Source: an uncultured Chloroflexia bacterium (GTDB lineage Bacteria; Chloroflexota; Limnocylindria; Limnocylindrales; CSP1-4). From it: DNA of 64,000 bases. The notes beneath the pieces were generated by a model that was not told where the DNA came from, did no database searches, and saw nothing but the letters and a program-made list of their open reading frames with translations. Below, one piece after another: positions 7,935 to 22,205 of the stretch. Numbering within the stretch: position 1 is the first letter of the stretch; each line of letters begins with the position of its first letter. The stretch lies in assembly GCA_963762445.1 (NCBI GenBank), contig CAVXLA010000004.1, positions 358,794 through 422,793 of the forward strand, read 5' to 3'. A program made the position numbers and the translations under genes.

Positions 7935-8699
7935 CTACCCGATCAGGTAGACGACCGAGACCGAGACCGTGACGTCGGAGGTCCCGGGCAGGATCGGCGT
8001 GGCGGCGCCCGCGTCACGGGCTTCGGCGGCGTACGGGACCGGCCAGGGGGAGGGCGACGACTGCTCGCTGATCGAGGCGACGCCGATGATCGAGACGCCC
8101 GCGGCGCTCGCGAGGGCGTCGGCCTTTGCCCGCGCGGCCTTCATCGCCTGGGTCCGGGCCTGCGCCTCGGCGCCGGTCGGGTCGTCCACCCGGAAGGTGA
8201 TCCCATCGAGCGTCGACCCGCCCGAGGTCAGCGCGCCGTCGACGGCGTCGGACAGGCGGTCGAGGTCGCGGATCGTGGCGACCACCCCGTTCCGCAGCTC
8301 GTAGCCGATGATCTTCGGGGCGACCCCGCTCTTGCTGTAGTCGTAGACGGGCTGGAGCGAGAGCGTGGTGGTCTGGATGTCGCGCTCCGCGATGCCGGCC
8401 GCCCGCAGCGCCTTCACGACACCCGCCATGGCAACGGCCGCGTCGGCGCGGGCATCCTTGACCTTCGGCCGCTGGATGACGACGCCGACGTGGAGGTCGG
8501 CCACATCGGGAACGAGCGTCACGGTGCCCGTGCCGCCCACGCTGATCGTGCGGTCGGGCTCGGTGCCGGCCTCGCCGCGGGCGGCGCGCGGCGCGAGGGC
8601 GGGCCCAAGGACGACGGCCAGCGCGAGGCCGGCGACGACGCCGAGAGCGACCCAGGCGGGGCGCGAGCCGGCGGAGGCGAAGGTACGAGACGTGGACAT
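7935..8699 (-). CDS. SIMPL domain (DUF541/YggE-like) exported protein
   Basis: N-terminal TM, TISVGGTGTVTLVPDVA, DIQTTTLSLQPVY, AMKAARAKADALA. Confidence 0.88.
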   Translation of the reverse strand: MSTSRTFASAGSRPAWVALGVVAGLALAVVLGPALAPRAARGEAGTEPDRTISVGGTGTVTLVPDVADLHVGVVIQRPKVKDARADAAVAMAGVVKALRAAGIAERDIQTTTLSLQPVYDYSKSGVAPKIIGYELRNGVVATIRDLDRLSDAVDGALTSGGSTLDGITFRVDDPTGAEAQARTQAMKAARAKADALASAAGVSIIGVASISEQSSPSPWPVPYAAEARDAGAATPILPGTSDVTVSVSVVYLIG

Positions 8700-8830
8700 G
8701 GCTGCAGCTCCCTGGTGGTTCCGTCTTGCGGGCGGCCGCTGGACCATCGACCGCGCGGTCGCGGCTCGGGCACGTGGCCGACCTGGCCCCGAGACGCCGC
8801 CGGGCGGCGTCCGGTTCCCGCCGGGCGGGG

Positions 8831-11512
<2,682 letters not shown>

Positions 11513-11651
11513 CGGGGGGCTCCCGGGTGAGGGCGGAGGCGGTTGCCGCAGCGGGTCCGCCGCCGCGCGCGCGTCGTGGACGGCGGCCGGACGCGAGCGT
11601 AGCCGATCCGCCCGGCGGGCGCCCCGGAGGGTGCTGCGGTAGAGTCAGGCC

Positions 11652-12281
11652 ATGCACAAGGGGTACGGGCCGGCGACCGGGCTCGTTGCCGTGGACGTCC
11701 AGAACGACTTCGCCGACCCGGCCGGCAGCCTTCCGGTCGGCGACGGCGCGGCGGTCATCCCCCTGCTCAACGCCGAGATCGCGGCGGCCCGTGCGGCCGG
11801 CGCCTTCGTCGCCTACACCCAGGACTGGCATCCACGCGTCACCCCCCACTTCGCGAAGGACGGCGGCACGTGGCCGGTCCACTGCGTCGGCGGCACGTGG
11901 GGCGCGGAGATCCACCCGGGCCTCGTCGCGGACGCGGGCCCGCGCGTGCGCAAGGGCGTCGGCGGCGAGGACGGCTACTCGGGCTTCACCATGCGGGACC
12001 CCGCGACGGGGGCGACCGTCCCGACCGAGCTCGACGGCCTGCTGCACGCTCGCGGCGTCCGGCGGGTCGTCGTCGGCGGCCTCGCGACGGACTACTGTGT
12101 GAAGGCGACCGTCCTCGACGCCCTCGCCCGCGGCTACGACACGTGGGTCCTCGTCGATGCCGTCCGCCCGGTGGACCTGGCCCCCGGCGACGGGGAGCGG
12201 GCGCTGCTCGAGATGGGGCGCGCCGGGGCGGTGATGGTCCGTCGATCCGGCACGCCCGTCCCGTCGGGAGGCGGGGCCTGA
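11652..12281 (+). CDS. pncA: Nicotinamidase/pyrazinamidase (isochorismatase family)
   Basis: VDVQNDF, QDWHP, WPVHCV, YSGF, GLATDYCVKAT. Confidence 0.88.
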   Translation: MHKGYGPATGLVAVDVQNDFADPAGSLPVGDGAAVIPLLNAEIAAARAAGAFVAYTQDWHPRVTPHFAKDGGTWPVHCVGGTWGAEIHPGLVADAGPRVRKGVGGEDGYSGFTMRDPATGATVPTELDGLLHARGVRRVVVGGLATDYCVKATVLDALARGYDTWVLVDAVRPVDLAPGDGERALLEMGRAGAVMVRRSGTPVPSGGGA

Positions 12282-12856
12282 TGCGCCTGCGGACGATGGC
12301 CGCGATCGCCGTTGCCGGGGTGGGCGGCGCCTTCGTCGTCGACCACTGGATCGGGGACCTCATCGCCCGGGGCGAGGGGCCCGACCCGGTGATGAAGATG
12401 GCGATCACGATCAACGCCCCGATCGACGACGTCTGGGACGTCGTCGCCGACATCGAGCGCCAGCCGGCCTGGATGGAGGAGATGAAGTCCGTCCGGCTCC
12501 GCTCGCCGGGGCCGGTTGGGGTGGGAACCCGTGGCGACGCCGACGTCCGCATCTTCCTGGTGGGAATCGTCGACACGGTCGAGGTCGACGTCTACGACCC
12601 GCCCGTCCGGTTCGGGATCCGCCACGTTGGCACGTATACCGGCGGGGGCCGGATCACGCTCGAGGCGATCGACGGGGAGCGGACCCTGGTGCGCTGGGAC
12701 GAGCGGCTTGTGCCGCCCTACTTCCCGCACCTCGGCCAGCTCCTCCAGAAGCCGGTCATGGGCGCCATCTTCCAGGCCGACCTGGAGCGGCTCCGCGAGA
12801 TCGTCGAGTCGCAGCACGCCGAGGCGATGGCGGGCGGCGGCGCAGACGCCGGCTGA
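12281..12856 (+). CDS. SRPBCC family protein
   Basis: ITINAPIDDVWDVVADIERQPAWM; C-terminal helix QADLERLREIVE; TGATG coupling to pncA. Confidence 0.8.
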   Translation: MRLRTMAAIAVAGVGGAFVVDHWIGDLIARGEGPDPVMKMAITINAPIDDVWDVVADIERQPAWMEEMKSVRLRSPGPVGVGTRGDADVRIFLVGIVDTVEVDVYDPPVRFGIRHVGTYTGGGRITLEAIDGERTLVRWDERLVPPYFPHLGQLLQKPVMGAIFQADLERLREIVESQHAEAMAGGGADAG

Positions 12857-12871
12857 CCTCCCCTCCCGACG

Positions 12872-13760
12872 GTGCGGGTCCACCTCGTCGACGCGACCTA
12901 CGAGCTCTTCCGCGCATACCATGCGCCCCGCCCTCCCGTCCACGGTCGCGGCGGGATGCCGCTCGGGGCGGTGGTCGGGCTCGTGGGCACCCTCGTCGCG
13001 CTGCTCCGGGACGAGGGCGCCACCCACGTCGCCTGCGCCCACGACCGCGTGATCCGCTCCTTCCGCAACGACATGTGGCCCGGCTACAAGACCGAGGCCG
13101 GGGTTCCCGCCGACCTGCTCGACCAGTTCCCCGTCGCCGAGGAGGCGATCACCGCCCTCGGGATCCCGCTCTGGGCCATGGTCGAGCTCGAGGCGGACGA
13201 CGCGCTGGCGACGGCGGCGACCCGCTTCGGCGCCGAGCCCGCTGTCGCGCAGGTCCTCGTCTGCACGCCCGACAAGGACCTGGCCCAGGTGGTTCGCGGC
13301 GATCGCATCGTCCTGCGCGACCGACGCCGCGACCTCGTCTATGACGACGCCGGCGTCCGGGCGAAGTGGGGCGTGGCGCCGGCCGCGATCCCCGACTGGC
13401 TGGCCCTGGTGGGGGACGCGGCGGACGGGTTTCCCGGGCTGCCCGGCTTCGGGGCGGTGGCGGCGTCGGCGCTCCTCGCCGCCTTCTCGTCCCTCGAGGG
13501 CGTCCGCGCCGCGCCGCCGGCCGCGTGGCCGGCCCGCGTCCGCGGCGCCGAGCGGCTCGCCGCGACGCTCCGCGCACGCTGGGACGACGCCCTGCTCTTC
13601 CGCGACCTGGCGACGCTCCGGCTCGACGCTCCCCTGCCCGAGCGCACGGTCGAGGAGCTCCGCTGGGGCGGCGCCGACCGCGCCGCCTGGGAGGCCTTCT
13701 GCGACCCGCTGGGAGCTCCCGGGCCTCCTCCGCCGGCCCCACCGCTGGCGCGCCCCGTAG
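12872..13760 (+). CDS. 5'-3' exonuclease / flap endonuclease (stand-alone PolI N-terminal-like domain); apparent +1 frameshift near 13706
   Basis: HLVDATYELFRAY, SFRNDMWPGYK, EADDALAT, DKDLAQ, LVGDAADGFPGLPGFG. Removing one C gives ...CDRWELPGLLRRPHRWRAP* at 13760; as written the ORF runs to 13831. Confidence 0.85.
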
Positions 13761-13788
13761 CTGGCGCGGGTCGTCGAACGCGGCGGCT

Positions 13789-14577
13789 CTACGCGGGCTC
13801 GCGGAGCAGCTCGAGAAGGCGTGGATGGTGAGCCGGGGGAGCGGCGAGAAGGCCGACCGCCTTCGCGGGCGCGGCGAGGTCGAACCACGGGCCGCCGGCC
13901 ATGTTCGTCACGGTCGCCCCGGCCCGCTCGGCGATGAGGCCGGCCGCGGCGATGTCCCACGGCGAGAGGCCCACCGTCTGGCTGTATGCATCGAAGCGGC
14001 CGTTGGCGACGTAGGCGAGGGCGAGGGCCGCCGAGCCCATCGAGCGCGGGATCCGGATCGCCCGCCGGACGCGCCGCATGCGCAGGCCCGGGGACCGCCC
14101 GCCCACGGCGAGACCCATGACGAGGTCCACGAGGCGCTCCTTGCCCGAGACGGACGTGGGGCGCCCGTCGAGGGTGGCGGGTCCGTCGGCGGTGGCCGCG
14201 AACGTCTCCTTGCGCAGCGGGTCATGCACGACGCCCGCGACCGGCTGCCCGTCGACGACGAGGGCGAGGGAGACGCAGAAGAAGGGGATCCCGTTGGCAT
14301 AGTTGACGGTCCCGTCGATCGGGTCGCAGACCCAGGTTCGATGGGCGGCGGCGGCGTCCCGCCCGGATTCCTCGCCGTAGAAGCCGTCCGCCGGGAAGCG
14401 CTCGGCGAGCGCCGCCCGGATCAGCGCCTCGGACGCGTGGTCGACCTCGGTCACGATGTCGCGGACGCCCTTGTAGGCGACCGCCCCGGCGTCGTCGAGC
14501 CGCTCCACCAGGAGCACGCCGGCGCGGGCAGCGATCTCGATCGCCGCCGCCAGCTCGGCCGCCCACGCGCTCTCCAT
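13789..14577 (-). CDS. Inositol monophosphatase family protein (SuhB-like)
   Basis: DIVTEVD, GEE, WVCDPIDGTVNY, GSAALALAYVANG, WDIAAA. Confidence 0.92.
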   Translation of the reverse strand: MESAWAAELAAAIEIAARAGVLLVERLDDAGAVAYKGVRDIVTEVDHASEALIRAALAERFPADGFYGEESGRDAAAAHRTWVCDPIDGTVNYANGIPFFCVSLALVVDGQPVAGVVHDPLRKETFAATADGPATLDGRPTSVSGKERLVDLVMGLAVGGRSPGLRMRRVRRAIRIPRSMGSAALALAYVANGRFDAYSQTVGLSPWDIAAAGLIAERAGATVTNMAGGPWFDLAAPAKAVGLLAAPPAHHPRLLELLREPA

Positions 14578-15074
14578 CAGCGGGAGCAGTCGACGGTGAG
14601 CGGGCGCGCCGCGGCGCCCAGCCCCGTGACGCGCTGGTCGAAGACGAGGCTGCTCCGGGCCGGGACCTCGGGCGTGCGGATCCAGGTCTCAACGGGGGGG
14701 CTGCCCGGGTACGTCGGATCCCAGACCCGGCAGCTGGCGTGGCCGGCCCGCGCGCCGAGGTTCTCGACGGAGACGGTCAGCCGCAGGCCGTCGCCGTCCG
14801 GCGCGACGCTTCGCAGCGCCGCCCGGAACGGCCCCACGCCGCCGACCAGGACCGTCGCCGCGGCGGCGAGGGCGACCACCGCCAGCGCGATCCCGAGGAA
14901 GACGGTGCCGTGCGCCTGCGAGGCGGCCGGTTGCTTCAGCCGGGCGGGATTGCACGTCGCGCACAGGGCGTCGGCGAGCGGGATCGCGGCCCCGCAGCGG
15001 ATGCAGGCATGCGTCCGTGCGAGCGCGGCCGCGTGATCGGCGGCGGGCGGGCCGGCGGCTGGGGTCGTCGTCAC
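14577..15074 (-). CDS. Hypothetical membrane protein with N-terminal Cys4 zinc ribbon
   Basis: CIRC-x10-CATC, then one TM (VFLGIALAVVALAAAATVLVGG) and a beta-rich tail; TGATG coupling to the IMPase gene. Confidence 0.6.
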   Translation of the reverse strand: MTTTPAAGPPAADHAAALARTHACIRCGAAIPLADALCATCNPARLKQPAASQAHGTVFLGIALAVVALAAAATVLVGGVGPFRAALRSVAPDGDGLRLTVSVENLGARAGHASCRVWDPTYPGSPPVETWIRTPEVPARSSLVFDQRVTGLGAAARPLTVDCSR

Positions 15075-15171
15075 GCTCGCGATCTTCCCACGGGCGGCGG
15101 CCGGGCGCCCGTGGCCGCGCGGGCCGGGGCGTCGGTCAGCGGCCGCGGGACGGCGACCGGGCGCCCGCGCC

Positions 15172-16005
15172 TCAGCGCCGGGCGGCGGCCCCCACAAGGA
15201 GGTCCACGTCCGCGGTCGTGTTCGCTCCGATGACGGCTCCGTCGGCGCCGGCCGACGCCCACGCGGCGGCCGCCCCGGCCGGATCCTCCACCCAGGGGCT
15301 GCCGGCGAGCGAGGCGCGCCGGGGCAGGTCGAAGGCCGCGAGGATCCGCTGCGTCGAGCGGGCCCTGCCCGCCGCCGCCAGCGCGTCGAGGTAGCGCGGG
15401 AGCCGCTCGCCGAGCCGACCGGCCGGGGTCGTCCAGCCGTCGCCGACCCGGGCCGCGAGCGCCACGCCGGCGGCGAGCTCGGCACCGACGATGATCGGCG
15501 GAGGAGGGACCGGGACGGGGAACGCGTGGGCGCCGACGAGCGGGTAGAAGGGGCTGGGGCGCAGCACGGGCCCGCCGGTCCAGAGCGCCCGCAGGACGGC
15601 GATCGCCTCCTCGAGCCGGGCCGCCCGCTCGGCGGCCACCGGGAACGGGATGCCGTACGCCGCGTGCTCAGCCGGGTGCCCCCCGATCCCGATCCCCAGG
15701 ATCACCCGGCCGCCGGTCGCCTCCTGGAGCGTCGCGGCCATCCTGGCCAGCACCGCCGGGTGGCGGTTCATCACGTTGGCGACGAAGGTCATGAGCCCGA
15801 GCCGCGTGGTGGCACCTCCGACCACGGCCAGCGTGGTCCACGCCTCGAGGACGGGATCGCTCCGCACGCCGCGGCTGACGAAATGGTCCCAGGCCGCGAC
15901 GCCGGCGTACCCCGCCGACTCGAGGCGCAGCGCCTGGTCGCGCCACCAGGCAAAGGGAACCCCGATCGGCCGCAGGCTGACGAAGACCGGGAACGGCGCC
16001 GGCAT
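15172..16005 (-). CDS. LLM class flavin/F420-dependent oxidoreductase
   Basis: GYAGVAAWDHF, EAWTTLA, RHPAVLARMAATL, GRVILGIGIG, RLEEAIAVLRALW. Confidence 0.88.
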   Translation of the reverse strand: MPAPFPVFVSLRPIGVPFAWWRDQALRLESAGYAGVAAWDHFVSRGVRSDPVLEAWTTLAVVGGATTRLGLMTFVANVMNRHPAVLARMAATLQEATGGRVILGIGIGGHPAEHAAYGIPFPVAAERAARLEEAIAVLRALWTGGPVLRPSPFYPLVGAHAFPVPVPPPPIIVGAELAAGVALAARVGDGWTTPAGRLGERLPRYLDALAAAGRARSTQRILAAFDLPRRASLAGSPWVEDPAGAAAAWASAGADGAVIGANTTADVDLLVGAAARR

Positions 16006-16019
16006 CCTCGGGACGGCGC

Positions 16020-16784
16020 TCAGAGCCCGGCCGTGACGGCCGGCGAGATGGCCGCCGCGAGAGCGACCTGCAGCATCGTCGCCGTCCGACGCTCCAGCTC
16101 GTCGAGCGGGAGGTACGAATCCTCCGAGCTGACCCCCTCGCCGAGCACGTCGCTGACGGTCAGGATCGTGGCTGCCCGGACGTCGGTGCCGGTGGCCCTG
16201 GCGCGGGCGGCGAGGAAGAAGAGGGCCGAGCTCTCCATCTCGAAGGCCAGGACGCCCCGCGCCGCCCAGCGGCTGAAGTAGTCGGCGTCCGAGTTGTAGA
16301 AGACGTCGACTGTGCAGATCGGCCCCACGTGGTACGGCGCCCCGGCAGCCTCGGCGGCGTCGACGAGCGCCCGGGTGACGGTGAAGTCGGCTGCGGGGGC
16401 ATAGGGCTCGCCGTGGAGGTAGACGGCCGTGGTCCCGTCGAACGGCGACGCGGCGGTGGCGATGACGATCTCCCCGGTCCGGATTCCCGTCGCGATCCCG
16501 CCGCAGGTCCCGACCCGGATCAGCCGCCGGGCGCCGAGACGCAGGAGCTCCTCGACCACGATGGCGGCGGCCGGCGCGCCGATGCCGGTCGTCTGGACGC
16601 TGATCGGTACGCCCCGGCAGGTGCCCGTGTAGCCGTAGGTCAGGCGGTGGTCGTTGACCCGCCGCGTCGCCGCGAGGCCGCCGTCGAAGAGGGCCGCGAT
16701 CGCCGTCGCGCGGTTCGGATCGCCCGGCAGGAGGACGATCGGCGCGTAGTCCCCGGGCTCGGCGCGGAGGTGGATCTGGGGCAT
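16020..16784 (-). CDS. deoD: Purine-nucleoside phosphorylase (DeoD type)
   Basis: IHLRAEPGDYA, LLPGDPNRA, TTGIGAP, IRVGTCG, FEMESSALF, LTVSD. Confidence 0.88.
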   Translation of the reverse strand: MPQIHLRAEPGDYAPIVLLPGDPNRATAIAALFDGGLAATRRVNDHRLTYGYTGTCRGVPISVQTTGIGAPAAAIVVEELLRLGARRLIRVGTCGGIATGIRTGEIVIATAASPFDGTTAVYLHGEPYAPAADFTVTRALVDAAEAAGAPYHVGPICTVDVFYNSDADYFSRWAARGVLAFEMESSALFFLAARARATGTDVRAATILTVSDVLGEGVSSEDSYLPLDELERRTATMLQVALAAAISPAVTAGL

Positions 16785-16959
16785 GGGAGGGTCCTCCGTG
16801 CAGGTGGGCGGGGCGAGTGTACGGCGGGCGGGCGGCGGGCGCCGGCGCAGCCTGGGACGAGCGTTCACCGCGCCCGGATGCGCGTAGTAGGATCGCACGA
16901 GGTGCCGCCGATCGCCACCGGGCCGCGGCGGACCGGGAGCCGGAGCAGGAGGACGGATC

Positions 16960-18315
16960 GTGGGCCAGGACTTCTTCTCGGAGGTCACCGAGCCGATCGG
17001 CTTCGGCGGGCTCGGATCGACCAGCTCTCTCGCCTTCAAGGTGTACGAGCCCGATCGCCTGGTGCTGGGCAAGCGGATGGAGGATCACCTCCGGGTCGGG
17101 GTCTGCTTCTGGCATTCGTTCGCCTGGCCCGGCACCGACATGTTCGGCTCGGGCACGCTCGACCGCCCCTGGATCACCGAGCCCATGGACCCGATGGATG
17201 CCGCCCGCATGAAGATGGCGGCGGCGTTCGAGTTCTTCACCAAGCTCGGTGTGCCCTGGTACTGCTTCCACGACCGCGACGTCGCGCCCGACGGGCGGAG
17301 CTTCGCCGAGTTCCGGGCGAACCTCGACGCCCTCGCCGATGACGCGGCCGCCTACCAGGAGCGAACCGGCGTCCGCCTCCTGTGGGGCACCGCGAACCTG
17401 TTCAGCCACCCCCGCTACGCGGCCGGCGCCGCCACCAACCCCGACCCGGCGGTCTTCGCCTATGCGGCGGCGCAGGTGAAGAACATGCTCGAGGTAACCC
17501 AGCGCCTTGGCGGCGAGAACTACGTCCTGTGGGGTGGGCGCGAGGGATACGACACGCTCCTCAACACCGACCTGCGCCGCGAGGCAGCCCAGCTCGCCCG
17601 CTTCCTCCACCTGGTGGCCGAGCACAAGCACAAGATCGGCTTCACGGGCATGCTCCTCATCGAGCCCAAGCCGATGGAGCCGACCAAGCACCAGTACGAC
17701 TTCGACTCCGCGACCGTTCACGGCTTCCTCGTGCGCAACGGGCTCGACGGCGAGTACCGCCTGAACATCGAGGCCAACCACGCCACGCTCGCGGGGCACA
17801 GCTTCCATCACGAGGTCGCGTATGCCGTCGCGAACGGCATGTTCGGCAGCATCGACGCCAACCGCGGCGACCCCCAGAACGGCTGGGACACCGACCAGTT
17901 CCCGAACTCCGTCGAGGACATGGCCCTGCCGCTCTACGAGATCCTGCGGGCCGGCGGCTTCACGACCGGCGGCTTCAACTTCGACGCCAAGCTGCGGCGC
18001 CAGAGCATGCACCGGACCGATCTCTTCCACGCCCACATCGGAGGGATCGACACCGTAGCGCGAGCGCTCCTGGTCGCCGCCGACATGCTCCAGGAGGGCA
18101 CGCTCGCCCGCATGGTCGACGAGCGGTACGCGGGCTGGTCCGGCGAGCTCGGCTCCAGGATCCTCGACGGCTCCGCAAGCCTGGCGGACCTGGCGGCGAG
18201 GGTCGAGACGGGCGAGATCGACCCGCACCCGGTCTCCGGGCGCCAGGAGCTGTTCGAGAACGTCGTCAACCGGCACACCTGGTCGGCGGACGGCGCGGCC
18301 CGCCCGGCGGGCTGA
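16960..18315 (+). CDS. xylA: Xylose isomerase (class II)
   Basis: [63 protein letters not shown]. Confidence 0.97.
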   Translation: MGQDFFSEVTEPIGFGGLGSTSSLAFKVYEPDRLVLGKRMEDHLRVGVCFWHSFAWPGTDMFGSGTLDRPWITEPMDPMDAARMKMAAAFEFFTKLGVPWYCFHDRDVAPDGRSFAEFRANLDALADDAAAYQERTGVRLLWGTANLFSHPRYAAGAATNPDPAVFAYAAAQVKNMLEVTQRLGGENYVLWGGREGYDTLLNTDLRREAAQLARFLHLVAEHKHKIGFTGMLLIEPKPMEPTKHQYDFDSATVHGFLVRNGLDGEYRLNIEANHATLAGHSFHHEVAYAVANGMFGSIDANRGDPQNGWDTDQFPNSVEDMALPLYEILRAGGFTTGGFNFDAKLRRQSMHRTDLFHAHIGGIDTVARALLVAADMLQEGTLARMVDERYAGWSGELGSRILDGSASLADLAARVETGEIDPHPVSGRQELFENVVNRHTWSADGAARPAG

Positions 18316-18320
18316 CCCCC

Positions 18321-19811
18321 ATGGGCTACGTCCTGGGCATCGACGCCTCGACCACGGCGACCAAGGCCGTCCTCGTCGACGAGGCCGGGGCCGTCCGCGG
18401 CATCGGGGTCACGGAGTACAGCTTCGCCGTGCCCCGCCCATTGTGGAGCGAGCAGGACCCGGCACTCTGGAGGGACGGGGCCGTCGCCTCGATCCGCTCC
18501 GTGCTCGACTCGACCGGCGTGCGGGCCGACGACATCGTCGCCATCGGGCTCACCGGCCAGATGCACGGCGCCGTCCTTCTCGACGCGGCGGACCGCGTGC
18601 TACGCCCGGCCATCCTATGGAACGACCAGCGGACGGGCGCCGAGTGCGACGCCATCCGGGCTGCGCTGGGACCGGAGCGGCTGGTCGCGATCACGGGCAA
18701 CGATGCCCTCACCGGCTTTACGGCGCCGAAGCTCATCTGGGTCCGCGACCACGAGCCGGACGTCTGGCGGCGCGTCGCCCATGTGCTGCTGCCGAAGGAC
18801 TTCGTGCGCTTGCACCTCACCGGCGAGCACGCCATCGACAAGGCGGACGGGGCGGGCACGCTCCTGTTCGACCTCGCGGCCCGGGACTGGTCGGGGGAGG
18901 TCCTGGCGGCCCTGGGCATCGATCCGGCCTGGATGCCGCCGACCTTCGAGGGACCTGCGGTCACCGGCACGGTGACGGCGACGGCCGCCGCCGCGACCGG
19001 GCTGCGGGCCGGCACGCCCGTGGTTGCCGGCGGTGGCGACCAGGCCGCCAACGCCGTGGGGGTGGGGGTCGTCTCGGAGGGGACGATGGCCCTCTCGCTC
19101 GGGACGTCGGGGGTCATCTTCGCGGCCACGAACGGCCCGGTCATCGAGCCACGCGGCCGGGTCCATGCCTTCTGCCACGCGGTCCCGGGTCGCTGGCACC
19201 TGATGTCGGTCATGCTGTCCGCGGCCGGCAGCCTGCGCTGGTTTCGCGACACCCTCGCGCCGGGCATGGAGTTCGGGGACCTGATCGCGCCTGCGGTCGA
19301 GGTTGCTGCAGGCTGCGACGGCCTCCTGTTCCTCCCCTACCTCACCGGCGAGCGCTCGCCCTATCCCGACCCGCTGGCCCGCGGCGCCTTCGTCGGCCTG
19401 ACCCTCGCCCACGACCGGCGCCATCTCACGCGCGCCGTGCTCGAGGGCGTGGCCTTCGGGCTGCGCGACGGCCTGGACCTCATGGTCGACGCCGGCATGC
19501 CTGCACCCGCCCAGATCCGGGCGTCGGGCGGCGGGACGGTGAGCCCGCTGTGGCGCCAGATCCTGGCCGACGTCCTCGGTGCCGAGATCGCGGCCGTCAA
19601 CTCGTCCGAGGGGGCCGCCTACGGGGCGGCCGTGCTCGCGGCCGTCGGCGGGGGCTGGTTCGCGACCGTCGAGGCCGCCACGGATGCCCTCGTCACCGCC
19701 ACACCGGTCGCCGCGCCCGGTTCGGACGCCCCGGTCTACGCGGCGTCGCACGCGGTCTACCGGGAGCTGTACCCGGCGCTGGCACCGACGTTCCACCGCC
19801 TGCCGGCGTAG
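18321..19811 (+). CDS. xylB: Xylulokinase
   Basis: LGIDASTTATK, GLTGQMHG, ILWNDQR, GGGDQAA, SLGTSG, LPYLTGER; follows xylA. Confidence 0.95.
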   Translation: MGYVLGIDASTTATKAVLVDEAGAVRGIGVTEYSFAVPRPLWSEQDPALWRDGAVASIRSVLDSTGVRADDIVAIGLTGQMHGAVLLDAADRVLRPAILWNDQRTGAECDAIRAALGPERLVAITGNDALTGFTAPKLIWVRDHEPDVWRRVAHVLLPKDFVRLHLTGEHAIDKADGAGTLLFDLAARDWSGEVLAALGIDPAWMPPTFEGPAVTGTVTATAAAATGLRAGTPVVAGGGDQAANAVGVGVVSEGTMALSLGTSGVIFAATNGPVIEPRGRVHAFCHAVPGRWHLMSVMLSAAGSLRWFRDTLAPGMEFGDLIAPAVEVAAGCDGLLFLPYLTGERSPYPDPLARGAFVGLTLAHDRRHLTRAVLEGVAFGLRDGLDLMVDAGMPAPAQIRASGGGTVSPLWRQILADVLGAEIAAVNSSEGAAYGAAVLAAVGGGWFATVEAATDALVTATPVAAPGSDAPVYAASHAVYRELYPALAPTFHRLPA

Positions 19812-19880
19812 GTTTGCGGGGCGGGCAGCGACTCGGCGCCGTTCGATCGACCCCGCCGGAGCCGACCGGCGCGCCTCGCG

Positions 19881-20684
<804 letters not shown>

Positions 20685-20704
20685 GCCCATCTCCTGCTCC
20701 TCGC

Positions 20705-22105
20705 CTACCTGGCGCGCCGCCGGACGATGGTGTCGAGGCCGACCGCGAAGACCAGGACGGCGCCGATCGCCACGTCCTGCATCGGCGAGTCGAGGCCGAC
20801 CGTGACCATGCCAGCCTTGAGCGACTGCATCAGCACGGCGCCCACGACGGCGCCCTGGATCGTGCCGGTGCCGCCGGCCAATGATGTGCCGCCGAGGACG
20901 GCCGCGGCGATCACGAGCAACTCGTAGCCGGTCCCGGTGCTGGTCACGCCGGCGTCGAGCCGGGATGCCTGGATGCACCCGGCGATGGCGCACAGCACCC
21001 CCAGCAACACGAACGTGCCAAGGATGGTGCGCTTGGTATTGATCCCGGCCAGAGTCGCGGCCTCAGGGTTACCGCCGATGGCGAACGTGTAGCGGCCGAA
21101 CTGCCGGCGGGTCGTCACGTAGCCCATGAGGAGCGCGATGCCGAGCAGGAGCAGCAGCGGGGCCGACAGGCCGACCGGGATCACCAGGCCGTCGGGGCTG
21201 ACGTTGTACCTAGCGGCGTACTGCTGCGTCAGGAGCGTCGGCAGCGGATAGTTGTTGAAGACCCACATCGCCGCCAGGGTCACCGCGCAGCCGCCGACGA
21301 TGAGAATCACCAGGGCCCACTGCGGACGGACGGGGAACCCGTATTCGCGCCGCTTGCGCCTAGCGGCGATGAGCGCATACGTGATGCCAGCGGCGATCAG
21401 GATGCCGACGATCCAGGTCGGCCAGAATCCGATCGCGCCGCCGATGAAGAAGAACGTGCTGTTGCTGGAGAGGTTTCCGCCCAGGATGGCAAAGGTCTGG
21501 TCCATTGGGGCGATCGTCTGGCCCTGCTGGATCTTGAAGATGAGGCCGCGCCAGATCAGGAGGCCGCCCAGGGTGACGATGAACGAGGGGATCCCGACGT
21601 AGGCGACGAGCCCGCCCTGGATCGCCCCGATCAGGGCACCGACGGCGACCGCGACCAGGATCGCGATGATCCAGATCTCCCACGAGCCATAGGCGAGGTG
21701 TAGCGTCTCGGTCAGCCAGACGCGCTGGGTCATGGCAGCCGTGTATGCGGTGAGGCCCATGATCGAACCGACCGACAGGTCGATGTTGCGGGACACGATG
21801 ACCAGGACCATGCCCATGGCCATGATGGCCACGGGCACGCTCTGCACAGAGACGTCGTAGAGGTTGCGCGGGGTCAGGAAGAGGCCGTTCGACGCGATCC
21901 CGAAGCCGATCCAGATGGCGATCAACGCGACGACCATGCCGGTCAGCCGCAGGTCGACCTCCATCGTTCGGGCGCCGGAGCGGAGCCCCGATGCCAGCCT
22001 TCCGATGGCTCGCCGGGTGGGCTCGATCAGCCGCGGGACGACCCCGGAGCCGCGGCCGGGTCTCCCTGCGATCTCCGACTGTGCGTCACCCGAGACCTGA
22101 GTCAT
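20705..22105 (-). CDS. xylH: Xylose ABC transporter permease
   Basis: [51 protein letters not shown]. Confidence 0.9.
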   Translation of the reverse strand: MTQVSGDAQSEIAGRPGRGSGVVPRLIEPTRRAIGRLASGLRSGARTMEVDLRLTGMVVALIAIWIGFGIASNGLFLTPRNLYDVSVQSVPVAIMAMGMVLVIVSRNIDLSVGSIMGLTAYTAAMTQRVWLTETLHLAYGSWEIWIIAILVAVAVGALIGAIQGGLVAYVGIPSFIVTLGGLLIWRGLIFKIQQGQTIAPMDQTFAILGGNLSSNSTFFFIGGAIGFWPTWIVGILIAAGITYALIAARRKRREYGFPVRPQWALVILIVGGCAVTLAAMWVFNNYPLPTLLTQQYAARYNVSPDGLVIPVGLSAPLLLLLGIALLMGYVTTRRQFGRYTFAIGGNPEAATLAGINTKRTILGTFVLLGVLCAIAGCIQASRLDAGVTSTGTGYELLVIAAAVLGGTSLAGGTGTIQGAVVGAVLMQSLKAGMVTVGLDSPMQDVAIGAVLVFAVGLDTIVRRRAR

Positions 22106-22205
22106 CGTCGCGCCTCGTGCTGGTCACCTTACCTGTGACGTGGCATGCGCCCCGCGCCGCCATCAGCGGCGCAGGGCGCATGCTCCAAATCCGATTCGGT
22201 GGCGG

